Part shown: positions 46,901 through 59,378 of the stretch, piece after piece | How the letters are laid out: the number at the start of each line of letters is the position of its first letter | How positions within the stretch are numbered: position 1 is the first letter of the stretch | Source: Azolla caroliniana | Taxonomy: Eukaryota > Plantae > Polypodiophyta | Reading direction: 5' to 3' | Length of the DNA stretch: 64,000 bases | Assembly (NCBI GenBank): GCA_043228905.1 | Contig: JBHGNT010000005.1 | Location: 12,028,001 to 12,092,000, forward strand | Translations under genes and position numbers: made by a program | Notes under the pieces: generated by a model | What the model saw: only the letters and a program-made list of their open reading frames with translations | What the model was told of the DNA's origin: nothing | Database searches by the model: none

Positions 46901-48055
46901 TTAGTGCCAGGTCATCCCAAGGAATATCGATGGCGAGAAGACGGAAATCCGTAGCATAAGCCGAGGCCAACCGCTCACCTTGGCGCAATCTTCGGATTTT
47001 GTTCATTGTTGTTCTAACACTATCGGTATCTCCAAAACAGGCTTTAAACTCGGTAATAAACTCTTCGAAATTATTTAAGAAGGGAGAGTTTTTTTCTAAC
47101 AAGGGGGCAAACCATGCGAAAGCCGTGCCACTAAGTAGAGTGCCTACTAGTCCCACATGTGATGCATCGGTGGGATATCGAGAAGGATGCATTTGAATGA
47201 CTAATCATACCTGATTAAGGAATCCTCCAAACTACGATCATGTTCCATCGAATTTCATGGGAAGGTTGATCTTGGGTTCTTTATGAATCCCTTGCGTACT
47301 GGGTCCTTGTTGTTGCATCGCTACTAAGGTTGCTTCGAGTTGTTGCACGCGTACCACTAGTTCCCCATGTTGTTGTTGCGTTAGCTGTTTTTCTAAGGAG
47401 ATTTGTTGAAGATCCCACAACAACCCTTGATTTTCTTGTTCCAAAGCAATGAACTTCTCTTTCAACATTGCAGCTCTGAGAAAACAGATTGATATTCTTG
47501 AGCGCTAACAGTTTGCCATAGTATGAGAGAAAAGAGGAATAAGAGATTAGTATGAAGGGGGAGAGAAGGAAGGAGAGGAAAATCGGTTCAAACTGTCAAG
47601 AGCAGTACTAAGACATAGAAGTATTGTCAAGAACAATACTAAAACAGAGAAGGAATTAGTACTAAAAGATGAGGATTAGTACTAAGGGAGGTGTAGAACT
47701 CTCAAGAGAAGGAAAGAGTGAGTGAGTGAGAGAGAGAGAGAGAGAGAGAGAGAATGTGGATAACAAAAGATATATATTATGTTAAGAGGGAATATACAAT
47801 AGTAGCTAGGAGGCTTAAGACTGGCGTTGAACCGATTTGGTTCGAAATAATGCCTTGTGCCTCCTTTTATAGTGTTCTCAGGAGTACTCCTAAAGTTTTT
47901 AGAATGTTCCAGAGAAATTTGGAATATACATCAATTTTCTATAGTAAAACTTAAATGAAAATAATATCCTTCGTATTACAACATGTAGTCTAATGGTCAA
48001 GAGCTTGACCCATGTAACATAAGGTCATGGGTTTGAGTCTTGCCATATCATGATA
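43963..48055 (-). mobile_element. Chromovirus element J (same family as I; PR and RT largely deleted), nested antisense in I
   Basis: LTRs 43963-44359 and 47594-48055, and TSD ATTAC/ATTAT. The host frame HDGL|LFFKKLLY is restored on removal. gag 47520-46500 with CLYC..GH...C, integrase plus chromodomain 45708-44420, PPT 44360-44376. Confidence 0.9.
47986..48042 (+). promoter_or_regulatory. tRNA-like A-box/B-box cassette in the chromovirus LTR
   Basis: TAGTCTAATGGT ... GGGTT(C/T)GAGTC. Copies at 44290-44346 (+), and 41239-41295 and 49437-49493 (-). Confidence 0.55.
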
Positions 48056-49716
48056 ATTATTATTCTTTAAGAAACTCTTGTATTTTCCTAATGATTCTTG
48101 TCGCCTTCGAGTAGTCCAAAACTATCATGACACATATAGCTTGGCATTTTTGTAATACTAAAACATTAGATTTAGTACAACGATCATTCTGGTGGCCCCA
48201 TTTGCGAAAATTGGTCGAAGATTTTGTTCGGACTTGTGATACATGTTGCAGAGCAAAAATGCCAATGCATCATCCATATGGTTTATTAGAACCATTACCA
48301 ATTCCAAGCAAGCTGTGGCAATCTATTGCTCTAGATTTCATCATAGATCTTCCAGTCTCTAAGGGATTCGATGCGATCTTAATAATAGTAGATCGATATA
48401 CAAAGATGGCCCATTTCTTGCCATGTACTAAGGAAATCTCAAGTGAAGAAACTGCCAAAACTGTCATGCGTGAAGTTTGTTGGCATCATGGCCTTCCTAA
48501 TAGTATCATCAATGACCATGGACCCCAGTTCGTCTCGAAATTCTGGAAGCACCTCTTTAAAATGCTCAAGGTCACTTGTAACCTCTCCTCCGGCTACCAC
48601 CCACAAACAGACGGCCAAGCAGAACGAACAAATCAAACACTAGAGTAGTATCTTCGATGCTTTCTAAGCTATCATCAAGATGATTGGGCGGATATTCTCC
48701 ACTTCGCCAAATTTGCGTATAATAACGCTATCCACTCATCGACAAAAGTTACACCATTTTATGCTTATACGGGTTGTCACCCCCGATGGTGTGTATTTGA
48801 AACCGGAGAGTTACCCAGAAATCCTTGCATAGAGGATCATTTGGAGCGGTTACGCAAGATACAAGCAGATTTATCTACTCACCTACAACAAGCTCACCAA
48901 ACACACAAGGTTTACGTGGATTGTCACCGGTTTCCATCTAGTTTTAACATTGGAGATCAGGTATGGCTACTACGACGACACATCAAGACTACTCGCGCAT
49001 GCGAGAAGTTGGATTATCGGCGATTAGGTCCTTTCCGTATTATCGGAAAAATTAATGATGTCGCTTTTCATCTCGATCTACCTCCACAACTTTGGATACA
49101 TCCGTTGTTTCATAGTTCTCTCCTCGAACCCTATCAAGACGGCACCATCCCAGGTCGTATTAAACAACCTCCACCCCCAATCGATCTTGGAGATGGACCT
49201 GAGTACGAGGTTGCCGCCATCCTTGATTCCAAGATTGTTCGCAACAAGCTCTACTATTTAGTCGATTGGCTAGGATATAGTCCCAGCTAGCGTACTTGGG
49301 TACCAATAGAGAATGTGACCAATGCTCGTGCTCTTCTTGAAGAATTCCATCATCAATATCTAGACAAACCGGGTCCTCAATCTAAAACGACTCGTGACAC
49401 TCGTTGTTTTAAAGGGCGGATAGGGTCATGATATGGCAAGACTCGAACCCATGACCTTATGTTACATAGGTCCAACTCCTGATCATTAGACTACATGTTG
49501 TAATACGAAAAATATTATTTTCATTTAAGTTTTACTATAGAAAACTGATGTATATTCTAGATTTCTCTGGAACATTCTAAAACCTTCAGGAGTACTCCTA
49601 AGAACACTATAAAAGGAGGCACACGACATTATTTTGAACCAAATTGGTTCAACGCTAGTCCTAAGCCTCCTAGCCATCCTTGTATATTCTTTTCACATAA
49701 TATATCAATGTCATCA

Positions 49717-49768
<52 letters not shown>

Positions 49769-49865
49769 TCTCTCGAGTGTTCTACACCCTCTTTTCCTCT
49801 TACTACTAATATTCATCTCTTAGTACTAATTTCTTCTCTGTCTCAATGTTATTCCTGATAGCAAG

Positions 49866-50065
49866 TTTATTTACATACCCCATGAATGTGTTGATATGTT
49901 CGACGATGCTCTCACCATCTTTGTATTTCAGTCATACAATCTTTCTCATCAATGAGATTTTATCGAGGGCGACCTTCCTCTCGTATAGTCCTGATAGCTT
50001 CTCCCACATCTCGTGGGCATTCGTGTCGTTCGCCACATGATGAAGGACACTCACATCGACACACT
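49866..50065 (-). pseudogene. Copia gag N-terminal fragment (probably element F)
   Basis: Reads VDVSVLHHVANDTNAHEMWEKLSGLYERK on the minus strand. Confidence 0.75.
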
Positions 50066-50360
50066 ATAGCCCCTACAACAGATCACTATTATGATTATCC
50101 ATAGTTATAAATAATAATAAACGACAGTTAATAAACTGACTCTCTATTGTCGACTCTCAGTACTCGGCCCGAACAATCGGCTCCTCCTTATCTTCGATTA
50201 TCGGCTCTTCTAGGCCCGAACAGTCACCTCTTCACACTAGAGGGACATATTCCCTACACCTTGTTGTATGTGGGGTATTGGTAGGGCATGATGTCGATGT
50301 CTGAATCCTCGTGTACCACCAAGAAGGGGTTTTCTTCGGGTTGGTTGACCTCAGAGGTAT

Positions 50361-50822
50361 TGCCACTAGTTGAGACCGGATCGGGGACGCTACTGACTAG
50401 GCGTCCGATTCCGGGTGAGGTTGCTCCGTGAGAGTTGAGTCGGTAACACTCTCTTCCTGTTTGGCATGTCAAGACATTGTCCAAGTGTGTATTCCCCTGG
50501 GGCGCATTGTTATGGCAACTGGGTCTTTCTCCTACGCGTGTTCATTATGGACTCACAGTGCGAACCCGACGTGCCAATTTGTGTTACTCCCTGCCACTAG
50601 TTGAGACCGGATCGAGGACGCTATTGACTAGGTGTCCGATTCCAGGTGAGGTTGCTCCATGAGAGTTGAGTCGGTAACACTCTCTTCCTGTTTGGCATGT
50701 CAGGACATTGTCCAAGTGTGTATTCCCCTGGGGCGCACTGTTACGGCAATTGGGTCTTTCTCCTACGCATGTTCGTTGTGGACTCACAGTGCGAACCCAA
50801 TGTGCCAATTTGTGTTACTCCC
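50361..50822. repeat. 231-bp tandem duplication (2 copies) in an unclassified segment
   Basis: 50361-50591 and 50592-50822 both start TGCCACTAGTTGAGACC and end GTGTTACTCCC. Confidence 0.9.
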
Positions 50823-51078
50823 TCTTGGAGAAAACACCTTTGATTACTCATCCTAATTAATCGGATGAAGGTATTGTGGTGCGAAGGAGAATTGAAGTCA
50901 CAGCAGCCTACCAAGACTGTTATCCGAGTCGTTCCAAGGTATATGGACTTCCCGGTACTTGTGGTACCTACAATCCATTATTCAGACTATTCCACTTGTA
51001 TGGCATTATCACCAGCAAAACAAGAAAGGTGTTCTGTAAGGTTGGCTACAACCGATCCTCCAATATGCCTTCTGAACT

Positions 51079-51080
51079 TA

Positions 51081-51116
<36 letters not shown>

Positions 51117-51145
51117 TGTATGTATGTATGTATGTATATGTATAT
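51079..51145. repeat. (TA)n/(TATG)n microsatellite
   Basis: Read directly. Confidence 0.95.
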
Positions 51146-51272
51146 CAAAATATAAAGAGACAAACATTGAAGTTGCCCAAAGATATATATTTGATTAAAG
51201 TGTAAACACACAGATACAAGTACCGAATATTATCGGTAAAGCCCTCACTCTCTATCCCTCTATTCTTGGCCT

Positions 51273-51276
<4 letters not shown>

Positions 51277-51343
<67 letters not shown>
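51277..51343. repeat. (CT)n microsatellite
   Basis: Read directly; another tract lies at ~52345-52407. Confidence 0.95.
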
Positions 51344-51345
<2 letters not shown>

Positions 51346-52341
51346 GCAACCCCCTTGGGAGGGGGGTGGAGCCATTCTTGCTCGACCCTCCTTGATTTGT
51401 TTCACACCTTGTCACACTTGTACCACCAGGTAACATTTGTTTCTCTCTCCCTCATGCATAACCCCCTTGGGAGGGGCGTGGAGCCAAGAATGGCTCCACC
51501 CCTCACCCATAAACACTTGGCACACCCTACAGCCGACCTTCCCTTGAGAAGAACTCTGTCTCTCTATCTCTATCTCTCTCTCTCTATGAATGTCTCTACA
51601 AGATACACTCCCCCTCCCTCACTAATATCTCTCTCTCCCTCTCTACATATCTATCAGTCTTTGTGTTAGAGATTGTGGTTTTGTGCGTGGACTCTTTGTG
51701 TGAGAGCCAACAATGGCGTACGTATACATCCCTGAGCCGAAGAGGTGGTTGATTTCTTCCAATGTCTTGCCTTTGGTTTCGTGTACGAGGATCGAAAAAG
51801 TAGGACGTCGTGGCTGCCTCAGTAGCATCCCTTGAGATATCTGAAGAAGAATTTCAAATCATGGAAGATACCGATGATTTCGATTTTGCGAACAATCACA
51901 TGAACCAGATCTTCCCTTCGCAAAGCTTCATTCAGCGAGAAGACGAGAGCTTTGATAATGAAGCTTTAGGCTTGAAGATGATGACAATGAGGAAGATGAA
52001 ATGCGTGATAGTGATGATTTAGAAGAACATGATTCTTCGGAGCGAGTAAGCAAGTCTCATTCAGTTTAAACTAGGTATTGAAAATCTATCAAGGTGCCAG
52101 AGAATGAATAGTGTTGAGAGAAACACAATTATGTGCATTCCATTCAACTACTGAAGAGGTTGCTGCCCTCCAACGAAAAAACAACAAGAGCAATTGAAGG
52201 AAATGTGGCGTGTGTTGGGATAAAAGTCCCACTCCGCCCACCTTGTATCTCTAGTGTGAACACATAGTTAACCTAACTATATAACTAGGTTACTTACCTT
52301 GTAAAGAAAGGTTTGAAGGTTAATGTAAGATAGTCTCTTCA

Positions 52342-52409
<68 letters not shown>

Positions 52410-52546
52410 AATCATAATTAGCTTACCCTAATGGCAAGTAATTTACACTATTAGCATTATTAGCACTACAAATATCTCTCTATTAGCACTATTCGAAACC
52501 CAATTTTCTCACCTCTCTATTACTCCACAAATATCTCTTATTTCAC

Positions 52547-53995
52547 TAGATGCCACTGTTAATGGAATGTAGGGGTTGAACCCATGACCACCTAGTCTCC
52601 ATTAGGTGCGGACGTAGCCGAACAATTAGTTGGCTACACGGATGCCGATTGGGCCAGAAATGCCCACGATCGTAGATCCACATCCGGATACGCATTCTTA
52701 TTGGGAACTGCGGCAATCGCATGGAGCAGTAAGAAGCAGCTGACAGTAGCACTGTTGAGCACAGAGGCCGAATATCGAGGGGCGACTGTCGCTACGTGCG
52801 AAGTCATTTGGCTGAAACGGCTATTACGGGATCTGCATGTGGATCCGATGATGATCTATTGCGACAACCTCAATAGTATCCACATTGCGAAAAACCATGT
52901 ATTCCACGCTCGGACCAAGCACTTTGAGGTGCACTACCATTTTGTCCACGAGTGTGTCCTTTCTGGTGAAGTCATACTAGTGTATGTTCTGACAGGTTGG
53001 CAGGTTGCCGACATCTTCACGAAGCCCCTTGGTCTCGACAAGTTGCGGAATTTCTCGAGTGAGTTGGGTTTGCGTCACCTCGACACACCGAACTTGAGGG
53101 GGAGATAGGAACATGAGCATGAAAGCAGCGACAGTGACCGCGATGCCGAATCAGATGAAGAATTTGATTTCGGGCCGGCTGAAGAAGCCGAAAAAGTAAG
53201 CAAGGGTCGTAACCGCAAGGAAGAGCCGAAGACAACCAAACAAGGGGTAGATAAGGCCGAGACCAAGATGTGGTCTGATGTTGTCAAGGGCCTAAAGTCA
53301 GAAGAAGAATTGGAGACAGCCAATTCGGATGTAAGTGGAAATGAATCGGGGGTGACCGATTCAATCGAAATGTTTGATTCGGACATTACGAATCGACTGA
53401 GGACCAAGCGAAAAAAAAGGGCAACGAAAGAGGCGCCAACACCGCAACAACAAGGGAGCTGAGAAGGGCCACATGAGCAGTCAAGCCGACCGAAAGAGTC
53501 GAGGCGCGCGGAATCGGACGAGTCGAAGAGCGTGAGCGAGGCGTGAAGCCAAGAGAAGCCGGAGCGAAGATCCGGAGGAGCACGTGGAACCTCAAGTTGA
53601 GCTTGAGGGGGAGACTCAGTGTTGAGATACAAGCTCGACATTGGATGCATAAAACCGTACGCACAACATGGTCGTAGCGGTGCGTAAACCGAAAGGCCGT
53701 TAGAATGTTATTCCTCGTAAGGAATAATTTTGGAAGCAAGTGTAGGATGCTCATTTATGAGCGGTCAAGTACGGACAGTACTTGTGTCGGCCCAAAAGTC
53801 AGGGCTTGTATAAAAGGTGCTCACTATGAACGAAGTATGTGCAGAGAACATATAGAGAATTATTTTTAATATAGTTTTGTTTTTTGCTCTCTCTCTGTCT
53901 CTCCCTCTCCTTCTTTGTGATTTTTTCATTTCATTGAACTATCATACTTCGGAACTCTGTACTCTGTGTCGTACGCATACACTTCCGCTCACGTA
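52547..53995 (+). mobile_element. 3' end of Copia element K1 (RNase H, 3' spacer, PPT, truncated LTR from 53620)
   Basis: Motifs GYTDADWA..STEAEY..ADIFTKPL. GAGGGGGAGA tracts at ~53097 and ~53605; the LTR starts TGTTGAGATAC at 53620, with TATAAAA at ~53809. Confidence 0.8.
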
Positions 53996-54004
53996 TTCTT
54001 TTAC

Positions 54005-57000
54005 AGGAGCAAACGATGCAGCCCTGGATGCAACACAAAAGTATTTCCCGGCTTGGGAACAAGCGGCAAGCGGAGTTCTATACTGCTTTGCATCATGTGT
54101 GAGCGATCAATTGTTGAGCTACATCTGGTACGCCAAGATGCCAAGATATGCATGGGCGAATCTGAAATGGATGTTTGCTGATAGCACGACGGCCAAGAAG
54201 TTGCAGCTTAGACAAGAGCTGAGCAATGTCCGACAAAAGGATTAGCCAATGGCCAATTACATAGCCCGGATCAAGGAAATTTGTGATTCCCTCACCTTCA
54301 TCAATATGACCGTCAAGGAGGACGAAAAGGTGTAGGTCTGCCTCAAAGGGTTGGCCTCAAAGTTCGGGGCATTCCGAACAGTGTTCTGCACGTGGAAGAA
54401 TACGCCTTCATTCTTCAAGCTACAATCAATGTTGCTCATTGAAGAGAACCACGTGGGTGTGTTGATGAGTGTGCACGCCGACAACAAGATGTTCTACATG
54501 GAGGCGGACGAGGTGGGTCGGCACGCAATAGAGGCGGCCAACAGGAGTAGGATCGAAGGCACAGAAGTAGTGCCAACAGAAGTTCCGAACCCTCCACGAG
54601 CAGGGGGAGTCATGGCGGTGCCGGAAGTCAGCAAGGAAAAGCCGCCACAGTCTATTGGTACTGTGGCCGAAAGGGTCATAGAGAGAGTGAGTGTTGGAAG
54701 AAACGCACTGATTCGGACAGAGTCGGATCGAGTCGGGGTGACACAGATAGGCATCACCGATCACACTTAGTCGAGAAAGGAGACCAAGCCGAAACGGGCC
54801 CCACACTTGTAATGAAGCACAAGGCAAATCAGACATGGGTGTACGTACCATAAAGCCGGAGAGGTCTACTACGTAGATTCCTAAGCCTCAAATCATATGA
54901 TGAACCATGTCAAATGGTTCTCAAGCTTGGAAAAACCGGGAGTTGTCGAGATCGGCGACAACATCGTGCACCCCATTAAACATGTGGGTGATGTACCACT
55001 TAGCCATGTCAGACGAAAGGGGCTAATGTGGAATGTGTTGCACGTCCTGAAAATTGCAAAGAACTTGGTATCTGTCAAATAGATTGTCGATCAGGGCATG
55101 CAGGTCCGATTTAATCACCACAACTGCTTCATCGAAGGCGAGGGTCGGCTGATAGCGCAAGGGCACAGAGATGGGAGGATGTTTATCTGCAAAACAAATG
55201 ATGTTGGCACCGCAATGTTTTGCAAGAGGACAAAAGGGCAAATCTGACATCCACATGTGGCACAAGTGGATCGGCCACATCAATTATCAGAAATTTCAAG
55301 AACTTCAGTCAAAGTAGGTAGTTTTCGGACAACCGAAGTTCAGTGGCCGAAAGGCCTAGATATGTGAAGCTTGTCAACTTGGGAAGCAGCATAGGCTTCC
55401 ATTCCCCAATGAAAAGAATCGGAGTTGGAATAGACTTGATCTTGTCCACACGAATGTATGGGGACCAACAAGTTGCATGAGCATGGGCGGGAGTCGATAT
55501 TTCGTCTCCTTCATCGACGACTTCAACCGGCAAACTTGGGTTTACCTCATTGAGAAGAAGAGCAAAGTCTTCTCCTATTTCCAGGACCTGAAAAGTCTAG
55601 TCGAAAGGGAAATAAAGAGGAAGATCAAGTGTCTATGGTCGAATAGCGAATAGCGGAAAAGAATGCTTTTCCGGCCAGTTCACAAGTTATCTAAGGCAAA
55701 AAGGAATCCGAAGGGAGTTCTCCTGCAAATACACGTCGGAGCAAAATTGCGTGGCCAAGAGATAGAACCGAACACTAGTAGAAATGGTTAGGGTGATGTT
55801 GGAGGAGAAAAGCATGCCAAGAAGTTATTGGGCAAAAGTGATCCGGATAGCCGTATATATACAAAATCGAATTTCTACCTCCAGAGCAAAGGTGGCACCG
55901 CACGAACTGTACTTCAGGCAGAAGCCAAATTTAGCACACCTCAAGGTATTCAGTAGTATCGCATATGTGCACGTGCTAGATGAGAGATGAAAGAAGTTAG
56001 ATGCCAAGGTTGGGAAGTATATCTTGGTCTGCTACTTACACAAGCAGAAGGGGCACAAGTGCTACAACCCACGGACAAAGCAAGTGCGGGTGAGCCACGA
56101 CATTGTCTTTGATGAATCAGCGTCTTGGTACTCCCTTCAGTTTCCGACTCTCGAAGACTCCGAGCCGATTGCTATGGATGAGTCCAGTGAGACCAAGATG
56201 CCCCTAGATGAAGAAGAAATCAGAACTCAAGAGGAGAGTTCGATCTCATTTCAGCTAAGCGGGCCAAATGAGGGGTTGAGCCTGAACAGCCGGCCGAATG
56301 AAGAGTCGACGAGTAGTGGAGACTCGTCTATGCAATCCCCGTGCCAAAAGCTGATGAGATGGCTTACACGCAAGGAGAAGGGGAAGATGAAGTTGATGGA
56401 ATACAACACAAAGGCCGATGCATCGGATTAGGAAGAATCTAACATGGCCCATAGCGATAAGGAACCTCCAGATTTGAGGTCTGATGCAACCAAGAGGGCA
56501 ATAAAATCGGCCAACCAGAAGTTGCGTCGATCCACCCACCAGAAGAACCTGGTAATCCGGTACGGGTAGAATGAGTATATGGCGCATCATTATGCGTACA
56601 TGGTGAAGGTGGTAGAAGTGTGTCAACCAGAGAGCTATGTAGAGCCGGCGAAGGATGCCAATTGGTGGAAGGTCATGGAGGAAGAGATGCCACACTAGTG
56701 CAGAATGAGACATGGGACCTAGTGGACGCCCCCAAGGGTGCAAATCCAATCAAATGCAAACGGGTGTACAAGGTCAAGTACAATACAGCTCGGTAACCGG
56801 TACAAGGCCCGACTAGTGGCCAAGGGCTACGCACATCGATTACGATGAGATGTGCGCGCCAATCGTAAAGATGACAACCGTCTGTGTGTTGCTAGGAGGG
56901 ATGGCATCTACACCAGATGAACGTCAAGAATGTGTTCCTGCAATGAGAGCTTGAGGAACAAGTGTATATAGTGCAACCTCTTGGATTTCAAACTGCATTG

Positions 57001-58120
57001 AACACGTTGATCGTTTGCTGACTGAAGAAATCATTGTACGGATTAAATCAAGCTCTACGTGCCTGGAATGCAAAGATCACGCAAAGATTGCGTCAGATGG
57101 GGTTTGCTCCGTCGAAGTCAGACTCGTCACTGTTCATCCGGTATGTATTTTTCTTAACATTGATGATTTAGTCATTACCGGCGCTGACCTTGAAGAAATC
57201 GGATGCATGAAGTCCCAACTTGCGGCATCATTTGAGATGAAGGATCTAGGGGACCTTCATTACTTGTTTGAGATTGGAGTGATCCGCACCCAAGAAGAGC
57301 TACTAATCAGCCAACGACATTATATGTTGAGTATGCTCTTCAAGTTTGGTCTGACGGACTGCAAATCCCTCTCAATTCCTCTTGATAGAAACGTTAAGCT
57401 TCATCAAGGATTTGGAGCGGCATTCAACGCGACACGGTTCCGAAAAATTGTCAGAAGTCTCATCTACTTGACCATCACCAGGTTGGACCTGAGCTATTCA
57501 GTCGGCTTGATTAGTCAATTTATGTTGCAACCGACGATCTAGCATCTTTAGTGCGCAGAGAGAATCTTGAGATTTGTAAGCAGCACGAAAGATAGGGAAT
57601 TGTTGTATCCGACCGATGTAGTTAGACAGCTTGTCGGCTACACGGATGCCGACTAGGCCAGAAATGCCAGAGATCGCCAATCGACATCGGGTTATGTGTT
57701 CTTCTTGGGGAGTGCAGCGATTGCCTGGAGCAGTAAAAAACACTCGACAATGGCATTGTCGAGCACTGAGGCCGAATACTTAGGAGCGACTATCTCAATG
57801 TGCGAAGCCATCTAGCTCAAATGGTTATTGAGAGATTTGTAGGTGGAGTTGTCCGAATCGACAATAATATACTGTGACAACCTCAACAGTATCCAACTAG
57901 CAAAAAACCTTGTCTTCCACACCCAAAAAAAGCGCATTGAGGTGTACTATCATTGCGTCCGCAAGATAGTCCTCTCCAGTGAAGTCGAACTTGTGCATGT
58001 TCTAACAAATCGGCAAGTTGTCGATATTTTCACCAAACCTCGTGGCCTAGACAAGTTGCGGCAATTCTCAACTATGCTTGGTCCACAACATCTCAACTTG
58101 CCGAACTTGAGGGGGAGAAA
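54005..58120 (+). mobile_element. Copia element K2 internal region (gag-PR-INT-RT-RH), highly degenerate
   Basis: gag WEQAASGVLYCFASC, knuckle CWYCGRKGH..EC-like at ~54655, integrase FIDDF, RT MKDLGDLHY, RNase H STEAEY. It ends at the same ..NLRGR / GAGGGGGAGA as K1. Confidence 0.8.
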
Positions 58121-58534
58121 CGAACGTTATCATTGTGTCAAAGTTACAAGTGAGGAACCAATTGAAGTTTAAATAGAGCTTATTCTTCATATATGTAGAT
58201 CCATAAAAATATTTTCCTAGCTTATAAGAGGCAACGCATCTTCCAACACTTGCACTCTTACACGAACAAATGGTTTAAACCAAGTTTCAAGAAGAAACTT
58301 TGGAGTTCAAAGTGAACCTTCCGATGCTCGATACCTAAGGAGAATTTCAAACCCAATTGCATTAATGTACTAAAAAGTCATGGCCCTTCATATCAGTGTT
58401 GTAATTCTAATTTCAATACTATTGTGATCATTGTCAGCTTGTGGCTTCTAAGTTTGTAATGTAACATAGGCATCCTTCGTCTAGATAAAATGAGCGGATG
58501 ACTTTGACCATTTCGAAACCTAATCTAATAGGGC

Positions 58535-58536
<2 letters not shown>

Positions 58537-58593
<57 letters not shown>
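58537..58593. repeat. (GT)n microsatellite
   Basis: Read directly. Confidence 0.95.
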
Positions 58594-58600
<7 letters not shown>

Positions 58601-59378
58601 TTGTGCGCCCATGTGCATTACTTCTAGGTGCATTAGATTGATCACTTGTCTTTCTCTCAATCTGAGTTCTCTATGATTGTTGAGGCCACATTATGGCTCA
58701 GCTTGGCATTTACCTACAGTTGGCAAAATTGGAAATCAATCTAATCAAGTACCCACCATATTAAAGACTTAATTGAACATACTATAGTTAAGTAAGAAAT
58801 TAGTTTGCAAGATCTAAATGCTTAAACAATATATTAACATAATCATATAGGAATATTAACAAGGTTTAGAGTAAATCTCTTAATATTGTTTTAAACAATA
58901 TACTAAAAAACGAGAGATAGAAGCTCTAACCCAAATCTAGGAATAGAGAAGCAGCTCTAAAAAGTCATAATGATGACCGTCTAATGTCTTTTAAATTGCC
59001 TTAGTTCTTTCCATGGAAGGGTGGCAAGGTTTTACATTCTTATCTTTTCCTCTTTTTTATTCTTTCCTTGCAGTTGCGAATAAACAGAGTTACATCTATA
59101 GTTGGAATAAGTGGAAAAAATTGTGCATTGACCATGATTTGAATGTCTCGTTGTAGGACAATCAACCACCTCTCGAGACTTATCATTAGTGGAACCTTTA
59201 TTGAGGTAAAAAAATATGCTCTTTGATATTGTGGGGTGTAGTGAAAGGCATCAGTCATGGGATCTTTAATATCAAACTTAAACTGATTACAAAACATGCA
59301 ATGGGTTCATGAAAGGAATCCTTATGGGCAATCTAACAATGCAATGGTATTTTATGCACTGCCTAGATGACTACTTTC

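Larger units (their letters stand above)
41226..49860 (+). mobile_element. Chromovirus element I (Tcn1/Tf1-like; gag-PR deleted), hosting a LINE and element J
   Basis: 5' LTR starts TGTCATGATATGGC at 41226; 3' LTR 49424-49860; perfect TSD GCAAG (41221-41225 / 49861-49865). RT/RH 43060-43700, integrase 48127-48800, chromodomain EYEVAAILD..YLVDWLGY ~49200-49360, PPT 49411-49423. Confidence 0.9.

Noticed and set aside
52213-52546. Possible additional LTR starting TGTTGGGATAAAAG
   Set aside because: No second copy, PBS, PPT or TSD could be found to support it.
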